Shown: piece by piece, positions 20,433-29,494 of the stretch
Numbering within the stretch: the first letter of the stretch is position 1
How the letters are laid out: every line of letters starts with the position of its first letter
Assembly (NCBI GenBank): GCA_963764625.1
Contig: CAVXTH010000006.1
Coordinates: 800,001-864,000 of the forward strand
DNA: 64,000 nt
From: Candidatus Krumholzibacteriota bacterium
GTDB lineage: Bacteria > Krumholzibacteriota > Krumholzibacteriia > JAJRXK01
Direction of reading: 5' to 3'
Translations under genes and position numbers: made by a program
Notes under the pieces: model-generated
What the model was told of the DNA's origin: nothing
Database searches by the model: none
Seen by the model: only the letters and a program-made list of their open reading frames with translations

Positions 20433-22376
20433 ATGGGAAATTTTGCGCTACAACACGGCTCCACTCGCGGTGGTCTCTCCTTCTGGGGACTGGCTCTCAT
20501 TCTTGCGCTTTCGACCACCGGTTGCGCAACGTCTCCTCCCGCCGCGGCCCCTCCGCTGAGCGCGGAGGTCCTGTCCGCCCCTCTGGAGGAGGACTCGACC
20601 CTGGTCATGTTGGACTCGCTGGAGGTCTCTCAGCCTCCGTTGGTGGACGACGAGAGCCTGCAGGCCAAGATTCTGCGCTCTCATCCCGAGTTCGCGCGTC
20701 TCGAAGAGCTCTACCGCCACGGCAGCGAGGCGTACACCGGCGATCAACTCGATCTGGCGGAGGAACACTTCCTTCTGCTCAAACAGGGGCTGGACGGGGT
20801 CGAAGCCTCCGATGAGGACAGCCTCGCGGTTCTCTATCTCTCCTCCCTGAGCCGCAAATTGGACTACTTCACCGAGATCCTGGCCGAGGAGCGCTTCTTC
20901 AAGGACAGCTACGCCCCCATCGATCAGAGCCTGCAGGACGCCTATGACAGCCTCCAGACCCGCTACGGCCTGCCCGAGTTCCTCCTCCCGCAGCTGAATA
21001 CGCCAGGAGGGGGCTCTCTGGACGCGCTGCTGGCGATCGACAACTCGGCGGTCGAGAAGTGGATGAACTACTACCAGGGGCGGGGACGCCCACAATTCAG
21101 CCGCTGGCTGGCGCGCTATGAGCGCTACGGCCCCACCATGGCCAGCATTCTGCACGATGAGGATCTGCCGGAGCAGCTGGTGTGCGCGGCGATGATCGAA
21201 TCCGGACTACAGCCCGCGATTCGCAGTCGCGCCGGCGCCGTAGGCTGGTGGCAGTTCATGCGCAGCACCGCGCGTCACCGCGGACTGCAAGTCGATGAGT
21301 GGATCGACGAACGCCGGGACATCGAGATGTCCACCCGGGCCGCCGCGAAGCACTTCGCCCTCTTGCACCGGATGTTCCAGGACTGGGCTCTCGCATTGGC
21401 GGCGTACAACTCGGGCGAGTACCGCATCCAGCGCGCGATCGGCCTCTCGGGAGAGGCCGACTACTGGACCATGCGTTTGCCGCGCGAGACGCGTGAGTAC
21501 GTGCCCAAGTTCATCGCGGCCGCGCGCATCGTGCACGACCCCAAGAAATACGGCTTCGAAGGCATCGAGGGCGAAGCTCTCGCCTTCGAAAGGCTCTCGC
21601 TCGACGATGCCTACAGCCTCGACCAGGTCTCCAAGGCGACAGGGATCTCGAGGTCGACTCTCCGCGCGCTGAATCCACAGCTCCTGGCCGGCGTCACGCC
21701 TCCGGGACGGAAGGACTACGGCCTGCGCGTACCCGAGGGCGAGGCCGATGGTGCCACGGAAGCTCTGGCCAAGATTCCTCAGAACCAGCGCATCACCTGG
21801 CGTAAGCACAAACTCGGATCGGGAGAAACTCTCGGTCGGCTAGCGCGCGAATACCACACTTCGGTTTCGTCGATCATGCAGATCAACGGCATCAGCAACG
21901 CGCGCCGGATTCGCGCGGGACGAGTCTTGACCATTCCCTATCCGCGCGGAGTGCAGATCGCGGAGACGGAAGGTCACCGCTCTTCGCAAGCCGTTCTCGC
22001 TCCTCCTCCCCCCAATCACGCAGCCTGGTCGTACAAGGTCCGCAAGGGGGATACGTTGGTTCAGATCGCGCGCAACAGCGGCTGCACCGTCAGCTCGATT
22101 CGCCGCATCAATTCGATCCGCCACGACCGCATCTATCCGGGGCAAGAGCTGGTGCTTCACGTTCCGGCGGGAAGAAGAGTGGAAGGCGCGAAGCTGATGG
22201 CCAGCGCGAACTCCGGCGCCAAGAGCTACACGGTGCGCAAGGGAGACACCCTGAGCGCAATCAGCCGCCGCTTCCGCATCCAGCTCGCGGATCTGCTGCG
22301 CTGGAACAACCTGAACAGCAAGTCTCAGATCTTCCCGGGCGACCATCTGAAGCTTCAGGAAATCATCTCCAACTGA
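20433..22376 (+). CDS. MltD-like lytic transglycosylase lipoprotein with LysM repeats
   Basis: Lipobox-like STTGC; SLT motifs AMIESG, GWWQF, AAYNSG, ETREYVPK; three C-terminal LysM repeats (GETL, YKVRKGDTL, YTVRKGDTL). Confidence 0.9.
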   Translation: MGNFALQHGSTRGGLSFWGLALILALSTTGCATSPPAAAPPLSAEVLSAPLEEDSTLVMLDSLEVSQPPLVDDESLQAKILRSHPEFARLEELYRHGSEAYTGDQLDLAEEHFLLLKQGLDGVEASDEDSLAVLYLSSLSRKLDYFTEILAEERFFKDSYAPIDQSLQDAYDSLQTRYGLPEFLLPQLNTPGGGSLDALLAIDNSAVEKWMNYYQGRGRPQFSRWLARYERYGPTMASILHDEDLPEQLVCAAMIESGLQPAIRSRAGAVGWWQFMRSTARHRGLQVDEWIDERRDIEMSTRAAAKHFALLHRMFQDWALALAAYNSGEYRIQRAIGLSGEADYWTMRLPRETREYVPKFIAAARIVHDPKKYGFEGIEGEALAFERLSLDDAYSLDQVSKATGISRSTLRALNPQLLAGVTPPGRKDYGLRVPEGEADGATEALAKIPQNQRITWRKHKLGSGETLGRLAREYHTSVSSIMQINGISNARRIRAGRVLTIPYPRGVQIAETEGHRSSQAVLAPPPPNHAAWSYKVRKGDTLVQIARNSGCTVSSIRRINSIRHDRIYPGQELVLHVPAGRRVEGAKLMASANSGAKSYTVRKGDTLSAISRRFRIQLADLLRWNNLNSKSQIFPGDHLKLQEIISN

Positions 22377-22388
22377 AGCGCGCGCGCT

Positions 22389-23017
22389 TCACTTACGAGG
22401 GTCGAGAGATTGTTGCGCTGCCGTGAGCGCGGCCCTGTACGCGCGCGCGCGCTCCACCGGATCGGCCGCGCCCAGAATTCCTCCCAGCACCGCGACCCCA
22501 TGCGCGCCGCATCCAACACCCAGCCGAGGTCGCGCGGCCGCATCCCTCCCAGGGCGAGCACCGGACACGTGGTCCTCTCCACCAGACGCGCGAAGTTCTC
22601 TTTCCCCAGAGGGGTCACCATCGGTTTGCTCGGGGTGGCCGCGACCGGTGAGACCACCACGTAGTCTGCTCCAACCAGCGAACTCATCCCCTCTTCGTCG
22701 TGGCGGCTCACTCCCAAGAGCCGCGGGCGCAGGGCGGCCGGTAGCGCCTCGGGCGGGATTCCGTCGTCGCGCAGGTGCACTCCCTCGACTCCGCTCGCCA
22801 GCGCCAGATCGGCTCGTTCATTCACGAGAAGAAGGGGGCGCGGGGAGCTTCGGGCGAGGGTGCGGGCGCGCTCGAAGATTTCGCGCGCGCTTTGCCCGGG
22901 CCAGCGCAAATGGATGGCGTCCACCAGCCCGTACAGCGCGGGGAGCAGCTCCCGCAAGCGCAGGGGATCGAGTTCAGCCGGCGTGATCGCGAGAATTTGT
23001 GGGGTCGCGATGCTCAC
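22389..23017 (-). CDS. thiE: Thiamine-phosphate synthase (ThiE/TenI family), apparent 1-nt deletion at ~22507
   Basis: VNERADLA, GVHL, SRH, ATPSKP and ALGG motifs. Adding one G restores DAGAHGVAVLGGIL, ends at TGA 22389 and removes the overlap with mltD. Confidence 0.75.
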
Positions 23018-23027
23018 CGTCGCCCCT

Positions 23028-24146
23028 TCAGAAATTGACGCCCAAACTCACGCGATGGGTGAAACCGGAGGACGAGTCCAGTTGCAGGACGTCGCCCGCG
23101 AACGCGTAGTCGACGCGCAGAGGCCGCAGATCGAGACCGGCCCCGAAGGTCCAGTCTTCACTGCCGAAGCCCCCGTGGCTTCCGACCCTCAAGTCGACGC
23201 GTTGGCTGAGACTGACTTCCAGGCCCAGGTAGAGGTTCGAGCTGACGCTCGACATTCCCAGACCGCTCCAGGAAAACTGATCGGCTCCGTTTACTCCGTT
23301 GGCGTCGACGCCCTCGGGGAGGGCGCCGTTACGATTGTCGAAGTGGGTCTCGAGGGCGCCACTGGCCAGGATTCGCAGATTCCACGAAGGGACGTTCCAG
23401 TCGTAAGCCACGCCCGGTACGAGGACGGGAGCGATGGTCTCGTTCGTACCGGTGCTCCAGGAAAGATAGGTCGAGGTCGCGTCCTGGAGCTTCACCCCCA
23501 CGTCGAGGTTCTTCCACCAATCGCGGCGCAACATTCCGAGGTCGATTCCCAAACCGAAGGAACTGTAATCGGCCACGGTTTGGCGAATGATCTTGATGTT
23601 GCCGCCCACTCGCCACGCGCCGGCCCGGCGGGCGTACGAACCCATGAAAGCCCACTCGGTGTCGCTCTTGTACTGGATCTGGTCGCGGAACTGGAAGATA
23701 CGCGTCGCCTCGTCGTCGTCGAGAATGCCGTCTCCATTGCCCCCGTTGCTCGGATCGTCCAGCACGCTGACCAGCTTATCGGTGAAAGGAATGTTATCCA
23801 GTCCGAGACGAATCACGGTGAGCCCGAGCGTCTGTTCCGCGTCCCCTCCAAGGGGATGTACGTACGAGGCGAAGTCGCGGTTGATGAGTTTGCCGAAGCG
23901 CTCGCTGTGCATGATGAGCAGGCTGCGCTTCTCCTGCCCGGCCAGTCCGGCCGGGTTGAAGAAGGTGGCGCTGGGGTCGTCGGCCACCGCCACGAACGCG
24001 CTTCCCATTCCCAGGGCTCGCGCGCCACCTCCGTCGGCCATGAATGCCCCGGCGTACTTGGTTGCGAGCGCCACGTTCGGGCCGACCACGACTGCCAGCA
24101 GCGGGAGCGCGAACGAAAGTGAACGCAAGAAGGCGAGTTTACGCAC
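23028..24146 (-). CDS. PorV/PorQ family outer-membrane beta-barrel protein
   Basis: Signal peptide, then GARALGMGSAFVAVADDPSATFFNPAGL; ends in VDYAF...THRVSLGVNF (terminal Phe). Confidence 0.8.
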   Translation of the reverse strand: MRKLAFLRSLSFALPLLAVVVGPNVALATKYAGAFMADGGGARALGMGSAFVAVADDPSATFFNPAGLAGQEKRSLLIMHSERFGKLINRDFASYVHPLGGDAEQTLGLTVIRLGLDNIPFTDKLVSVLDDPSNGGNGDGILDDDEATRIFQFRDQIQYKSDTEWAFMGSYARRAGAWRVGGNIKIIRQTVADYSSFGLGIDLGMLRRDWWKNLDVGVKLQDATSTYLSWSTGTNETIAPVLVPGVAYDWNVPSWNLRILASGALETHFDNRNGALPEGVDANGVNGADQFSWSGLGMSSVSSNLYLGLEVSLSQRVDLRVGSHGGFGSEDWTFGAGLDLRPLRVDYAFAGDVLQLDSSSGFTHRVSLGVNF

Positions 24147-24270
24147 AGTTCCTCCCCAGAAGGGACGTCAAGTTCTACAGGGGTCGAATTCCAGCACGAG
24201 AGTTGGCAGATAACAAGATTATACCGGTTGTGACCCTCCCCACGCCAGCCCGGATCGAGGACGCCGCGGT

Positions 24271-25770
24271 TCAGCCCAAACCGTAGCGACGCAGCTTGCG
24301 GTAGAGCGTGCGCTCGCTGATTCCGAGCTGTTCGGCCGTCAGCCGCCGGTTGCCTCCGTTCTGCCCCAGACTGGCCTGAATTACCGTCTTTTCCGCCGAC
24401 TCGAGGTCGCCACTGACGTCGACCTTGATCGGAGTCACCTCGGCCACCGAGGCGTCCTTTCCCCATTGGGTCGATTCCGGTGACCCCGGGGCCACCCCCT
24501 CCAGGCGTGCTTCGAGCAGCTCGAGGCGGCGCAGAACCTCCTTGAGATCGGATGCCAGCGCGAAGAGCGTGTGGGCGAGCAGCGGATCGGAGCCGCCACC
24601 CGGATACTGTCCCTGATCGCCGTAGGCCATGGGCAGAGGGCGACCTTCGTGCCCGGGCTCGCGGAGCTCGGAGGGCAGATCCTCCACCGTGAGATAGCTG
24701 TTCTTTCCCAGCACCGCGGTCGACTGCACCACGTTGCGGAGTTCGCGCACGTTGCCCGGCCACGCGTAGTGGATCAGACGCTCGGCTGCTTCCCGCGTGA
24801 AGCCCTTGCGAGAGAGACCGTGGGTCTCGTTGGCGAGTTTGAGAAAATGCCGCGCGAGCAGAAGAATGTCCTCGCTGCGTTCGCGGAGCGGAACCAAATC
24901 GATCTTTACCACCTTCAGGCGATAGTAGAGATCGCCGCGGAAGCTTCCGCGCTCGATTCCCTCCTCCAGACTGCGATGAGTGGCGGTGATGAGACGGATA
25001 TCGCTGCGAACCGTCTCCCTGCCACCCACCCGCATGAATTCCTGCGTCTCCAACACGCGCAGAAGTTTCACCTGCATCGCCAAGGACATCTCCCCCACTT
25101 CGTCGAGGAAGAGAGTCCCGTGGTCGGCCCGTTCGAAGACGCCGGGGTGGCGTTCGCTGGCGCCGGTGAACGCTCCTTTTTCGTGACCGAAGAGCTCACT
25201 CTCCAGGAGTGACTCGCTCATTGCTCCCACGTTCACCGAAACGAAGGGGGACGACGCGCGCTTGGAATTGGTGTGCAGGGCCCGCGCGACCAGTTCCTTG
25301 CCCGTGCCGCTCTCTCCGCGGATGAGCACGGGAACCTCCAGGGGCGCGAGCTGCGCGATAGTCGAGATGAGGGCCTGGATCGAAGCACTCTGTCCCGCGA
25401 TGCCCGAAGTGTGCCGGATCTCCTGCAACAGGATGAGCCGATCCACGTGCTCGGCCAGCGCGCCTTGTCTCAGCTCGCCGTGGATCACGTTTTCGCGCGG
25501 CAGGACAACGCCCTGAAGCTCACGAGTCGAAACGAGAAGGCATTCGGGGGTCGAGGGCAGGCCGCGGATGCGCCGCAGAATCGCCTCAAGGGAATGGGTG
25601 GAGCTACGCGCGTCCCAGACGAAGAGCCAAACCTCGCCCTCGCGCGCCGCCGCGAGAGCGGCCGACGCGTCCTCGTAGAACCGCAGCGTGAGACCCCGGA
25701 GATTCCATTCCAGCGCCCAAGTTCTCAACTGCGGATCATCGCTGAGAACGATTGCCAGTGCTTGCGCCAC
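24271..25770 (-). CDS. Sigma54 enhancer-binding protein with degenerate receiver domain
   Basis: GESGTGKE, GAFTGA, FLDEVGE, WPGNVREL and a Fis-type HTH; GTG start at 25770 with GGAG RBS. Confidence 0.9.
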   Translation of the reverse strand: MAQALAIVLSDDPQLRTWALEWNLRGLTLRFYEDASAALAAAREGEVWLFVWDARSSTHSLEAILRRIRGLPSTPECLLVSTRELQGVVLPRENVIHGELRQGALAEHVDRLILLQEIRHTSGIAGQSASIQALISTIAQLAPLEVPVLIRGESGTGKELVARALHTNSKRASSPFVSVNVGAMSESLLESELFGHEKGAFTGASERHPGVFERADHGTLFLDEVGEMSLAMQVKLLRVLETQEFMRVGGRETVRSDIRLITATHRSLEEGIERGSFRGDLYYRLKVVKIDLVPLRERSEDILLLARHFLKLANETHGLSRKGFTREAAERLIHYAWPGNVRELRNVVQSTAVLGKNSYLTVEDLPSELREPGHEGRPLPMAYGDQGQYPGGGSDPLLAHTLFALASDLKEVLRRLELLEARLEGVAPGSPESTQWGKDASVAEVTPIKVDVSGDLESAEKTVIQASLGQNGGNRRLTAEQLGISERTLYRKLRRYGLG

Positions 25771-25833
25771 GTCGTCTCCGTCGCGGGAATGTGGACTGCG
25801 CACGCAGTCGCGTCCCAATCCGTTGGGTTCGAA

Positions 25834-27252
25834 TCAGGCCTGCGCTTCCCCCGACTTCGCTTCCTCGCGCTCCTGAGCCTGATAGGACTTCAACTTCTCG
25901 CGCAGGGTCTGCCGGGAGATTCCCAAAATGCGCGCCGCCTTGCTCTTGTTCTGTCCCACCTGTCCCAGAGTATATAAAAGCTGGATTCTCTCCACCGCTG
26001 CCAACGGGAGAATCTCTCGCCCGATCCGGTTTACGTCGTTGGCCAGGGCATTGCGCGGATTCACTCCCTCCCGCACGTGCTCCGGCAAAATCTCCAAGGT
26101 GATCTCCTCTGGTTCCTCCAGGATCATGAGCCGGCGAATCATGTTTCGCAGCTCACGCACGTTGCCCGGCCAGGGATAGGATTGCAGTAGCTCCAGGAGC
26201 CCGTCCGAAGCCGGTTTGCACGAGAGCCCCAACTCTTCGTTGAAAGTTTCGATGAAGACGTTCACGAGATGCCGTATATCTCCGGGACGTTCCCGCAGCG
26301 GCGGAATCCCTACCTCGATCACCTGGAGACGATAGTAGAGATCGTTGCGGAACAGGCCGTTCTCGATCGCCTTGTCGAGCTGACGATTCGTCGCGGCCAC
26401 GATGCGTGCCTTGACTTCCTTGTCGCTCTTCCCCCCCACTCGCCGAAAGCGTCCGTACTCGATCACCCTAAGCAGGCGGCTCTGCAGCGTCACTCCCATC
26501 TCGCCGATTTCGTCCAGGAAGATCGTGCCCTGCCCCGCTAATTCGAAGAGTCCTTCCTTGGCGCTCCGCGCGTCGGTGAAGGCCCCTTTCTCGTGCCCGA
26601 AGAGCTCGCTCTCCAGAAGGGTTTCGGGAACCGCGGCACAGTTGATTTCCATGAACGGCGCGCCGGGATGACTCACCTCGTGGATGGCGCGCGCCACCAG
26701 CTCCTTTCCGCAGCCACTCTCGGCCTGGATGAGGACCGAGATCTCGTTCCCCGCGCGGCTCTTTCCCACTTTCTCGATTTTCTCCACGATCGCCTCCATG
26801 CAGGGAGTCGAGCGAAGCATGGCGAGATAACGGCCTCCCAGCATCTCGCCCGAAGCGTTGACGCCGCGCTCGCGCGAGCGCCTCTGGACTTTCAGCGCCC
26901 CACTCACCTTCGCGCGCATGTCCGAAAGTCGATACGGCTTCTGCACGAAATCGTAGGCCCCCAGCTTCATCGCCTCGACCGCGGTGGGAAGGTCTCCGTA
27001 GGCCGTCATGAGAATGACCGGCACGTCGTTGCCCATATCGCGAACTTTGCGCAACACTTCCACTCCGCTCATGTCGGGAAGCTTCAAGTCGAGCAAGACC
27101 AGGCTGGGCTTCTTGTCGCCCAGGATCTTCAGTGCGCTCGCTCCATCGGAGGCTTCGATGATCTCGTGGCCAGCTTCGCTGAGCGCCTCCATCAACGAAG
27201 TGCGAATCGTCGCCTGGTCGTCGCAGATCAGAATCAGGTTCTTTGGAGACAT
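25834..27252 (-). CDS. NtrC-type sigma54 response regulator
   Basis: Canonical receiver domain (ICDD, LLDLKLP, KP), AESGCGKE, GAFTDA, WPGNVREL and HTH. Confidence 0.93.
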   Translation of the reverse strand: MSPKNLILICDDQATIRTSLMEALSEAGHEIIEASDGASALKILGDKKPSLVLLDLKLPDMSGVEVLRKVRDMGNDVPVILMTAYGDLPTAVEAMKLGAYDFVQKPYRLSDMRAKVSGALKVQRRSRERGVNASGEMLGGRYLAMLRSTPCMEAIVEKIEKVGKSRAGNEISVLIQAESGCGKELVARAIHEVSHPGAPFMEINCAAVPETLLESELFGHEKGAFTDARSAKEGLFELAGQGTIFLDEIGEMGVTLQSRLLRVIEYGRFRRVGGKSDKEVKARIVAATNRQLDKAIENGLFRNDLYYRLQVIEVGIPPLRERPGDIRHLVNVFIETFNEELGLSCKPASDGLLELLQSYPWPGNVRELRNMIRRLMILEEPEEITLEILPEHVREGVNPRNALANDVNRIGREILPLAAVERIQLLYTLGQVGQNKSKAARILGISRQTLREKLKSYQAQEREEAKSGEAQA

Positions 27253-27256
27253 GCCA

Positions 27257-28954
27257 TCAGCCTCTCGCTTCGAGCCGGGAGACACCGCTTCTCTTCACGG
27301 TGCCGACGGAGCTCTGGGGTATGACCGCGCGCAAAACGGTTCGTCCCGCGCGCCTCAGGTAGCGAAGATGTCCGTGGTGCGCACGAATCACCTTCTCGGA
27401 TATCGCCAACCCCAAACCAGTGCCCAGTGGTTTGGTGGTGTAGAAGGGCACGAAGAGTCGCTCGATCTCTTCGGGGGGAACGCCCTGGCCCGAGTCCTCG
27501 ACCTCGAGGACGATCACCTTGGAGGTCGGGTGCTGGGCCAGAATCTCCGCCGGGGGAATCTCCTCGTCCACCCGAAGGACAACCTCTCCGCCGGCGGGGG
27601 AGGCATCGAGCGCATTCTCGATGAGATTCAGAAGAACCTGCTTGAGCTGCGCGGGGTCGGCGCTGAGCTGGAGTCCCGCCATCACTTCCAACAGTCGCAG
27701 CCTCATTCCCCGCCCATTCGCGTTGCCCTGCATGAATTCGACGAGCTCGTGACAGAAAGTGCTCAGGTCGATGACGCTGCGTTTGAGTACCACCGGTCGC
27801 GCGAAATCCAGGAAGTTCAAGACCAGGCCGTTGATGCGCCCGACCTCGGTGCGCACCACCTCGAAATGGCGTCGCTTGGGAGAGTCCTCCGGCAAGGCAT
27901 CGCACAACAGCTCCGCGCTATGCAGAATACCGGTGAGAGGAGTGCGCACGTCGTGCGCCCATTCCGCGGCCATGATGAGATCCGCATGCTGACGCGCCGC
28001 CCGCCGCCGTTCGATTTCCAGGGCCCGCGTGGCCCGTTGGTCCTCGAGGATCACCACCAGGTGCTGCTCGCCCGGCATCTCGGCCGCTATCCTGGTGGCG
28101 CGCAGGGAGACGGGAATCGACTCCCCTTGGGGTTGACCAAGCCATCCCTCTCCCACCAGTTGCACGCCGGCCTGGGCCTGACAGGCCCATCCGGAGATCT
28201 CCACCGTCTGTCCCCCCATACGTAGAGACGAAGCCGAGCCGTCCTCGTCTCCCAACAGTTCTCTTCCCTTGCGATTCGCGTAGAGACGACGACCGCTCTC
28301 GTCGAAAGTGACGATGCCACTGGCCACTTCATCCAGCGTTCGCTCCTGGAACCGCTGCAGCTTGCGCAGCTCGCTCACCGCCTGCGCCCCCGCCACTTCT
28401 TCAGTGAGGATGGTCTGAATGGTGATGAGGAAATAGATGTCCCGCGCGATAGCCTCGCCGTTCTCGTAGTGCTTTTCCAACAGGAGATACCCCAGGTCGC
28501 GATCGCGATGGCGCAGGGGGACCACCGTCTCGCTCCACGGCGTCTTGCGGTCGACGCAGGGGACGGGACGACGGGCCACCATGTCCTGAAGGGCCAAGAG
28601 GTAGGGCTCTTCGTCAGGCTGCGGCTGGGAGTTCGAGAGTTCTCGGCACGCCCTTTCGACGAGAGCCGGACTCAGTCCATCCACCCGCCGCGCCTGGACC
28701 TGGCTCCCGGCGCCGCTGCACAGCAGGAGCCCGGTGCCCCGGGCTCTGAGGAAATTCTTGAGCGAACCCAAGAGGCGGCCGAGCGCCTCGTCCCAGTTGC
28801 TGTAGTTGGAGAGATCGCGGCCGATGCGATAGAGCATCACCAGTTGCGCAACTCTTCCCTGCAGCTCTCGGTGCGCCGCCGCCAATTCGGCGCGGGCGTC
28901 CTCAAGCTCGGCGGCCAGCGCGGCAGGGGGCTGCTTGGAAGACTCGGTGGTCAC
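27257..28954 (-). CDS. Cytoplasmic sensor histidine kinase (coiled coil, GAF-like, PAS-like, HisKA, HATPase)
   Basis: AHDVRTPLTGI H-box, NLIENA, DSGQG, FYTTK and GTGLGL; no TM helices; GGAGGAG RBS. Confidence 0.92.
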   Translation of the reverse strand: MTTESSKQPPAALAAELEDARAELAAAHRELQGRVAQLVMLYRIGRDLSNYSNWDEALGRLLGSLKNFLRARGTGLLLCSGAGSQVQARRVDGLSPALVERACRELSNSQPQPDEEPYLLALQDMVARRPVPCVDRKTPWSETVVPLRHRDRDLGYLLLEKHYENGEAIARDIYFLITIQTILTEEVAGAQAVSELRKLQRFQERTLDEVASGIVTFDESGRRLYANRKGRELLGDEDGSASSLRMGGQTVEISGWACQAQAGVQLVGEGWLGQPQGESIPVSLRATRIAAEMPGEQHLVVILEDQRATRALEIERRRAARQHADLIMAAEWAHDVRTPLTGILHSAELLCDALPEDSPKRRHFEVVRTEVGRINGLVLNFLDFARPVVLKRSVIDLSTFCHELVEFMQGNANGRGMRLRLLEVMAGLQLSADPAQLKQVLLNLIENALDASPAGGEVVLRVDEEIPPAEILAQHPTSKVIVLEVEDSGQGVPPEEIERLFVPFYTTKPLGTGLGLAISEKVIRAHHGHLRYLRRAGRTVLRAVIPQSSVGTVKRSGVSRLEARG

Positions 28955-29082
28955 TTCGACAGTACTCCTCCCCGTGGCCGCCCGTAGCTGGGCCCGGGAT
29001 CGATCCTGGCCTGTTTTTTACCATGGGGACGGAAGGCGGTCTAGGGATTTCCCCGGCCACCCTACGGAGGGCCTGCCGCGAT

Positions 29083-29469
29083 TCAGGCGCTCAGGCGGAC
29101 GCTGAGGTAGGATTCGAGGTGATGGAGGCTCTCGGCGTCGATCGTGGTGAAAAACACCGCGATTTCGTAGCTCGGGGCCGCCGGGTCTTCCTCCTCCGGC
29201 ACCACGCGCACCACGATACCCTCGCACGCGACCTCTTCGAGCTTGCTCCGGTCCTCGGCATCAACCGGGACGTCGAAGCTCAGGGCGAGCTTGGTCATGG
29301 GCTCGATCCACTTCTTGCTCTCGAAGTAGAGCCCCGAGGCGGAGACGTTGATGGTGTCGATGCCATCGATCTGCTCCACCAGGTCTTCGGTTCCGATGTG
29401 GACCTTCAGATTCAAGTGCGCGTCGTAGCGTTCCGACTTGCGGCGTTCCACTCCCGAGCGCTCGTTCAT
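29083..29469 (-). CDS. Stand-alone PilZ domain protein
   Basis: ERRKSER (RxxxR) and INVSASG (D/NxSxxG) c-di-GMP-binding motifs. Confidence 0.85.
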   Translation of the reverse strand: MNERSGVERRKSERYDAHLNLKVHIGTEDLVEQIDGIDTINVSASGLYFESKKWIEPMTKLALSFDVPVDAEDRSKLEEVACEGIVVRVVPEEEDPAAPSYEIAVFFTTIDAESLHHLESYLSVRLSA

Positions 29470-29494
29470 GCGATACCTCTTTTCCCTGGGCTCT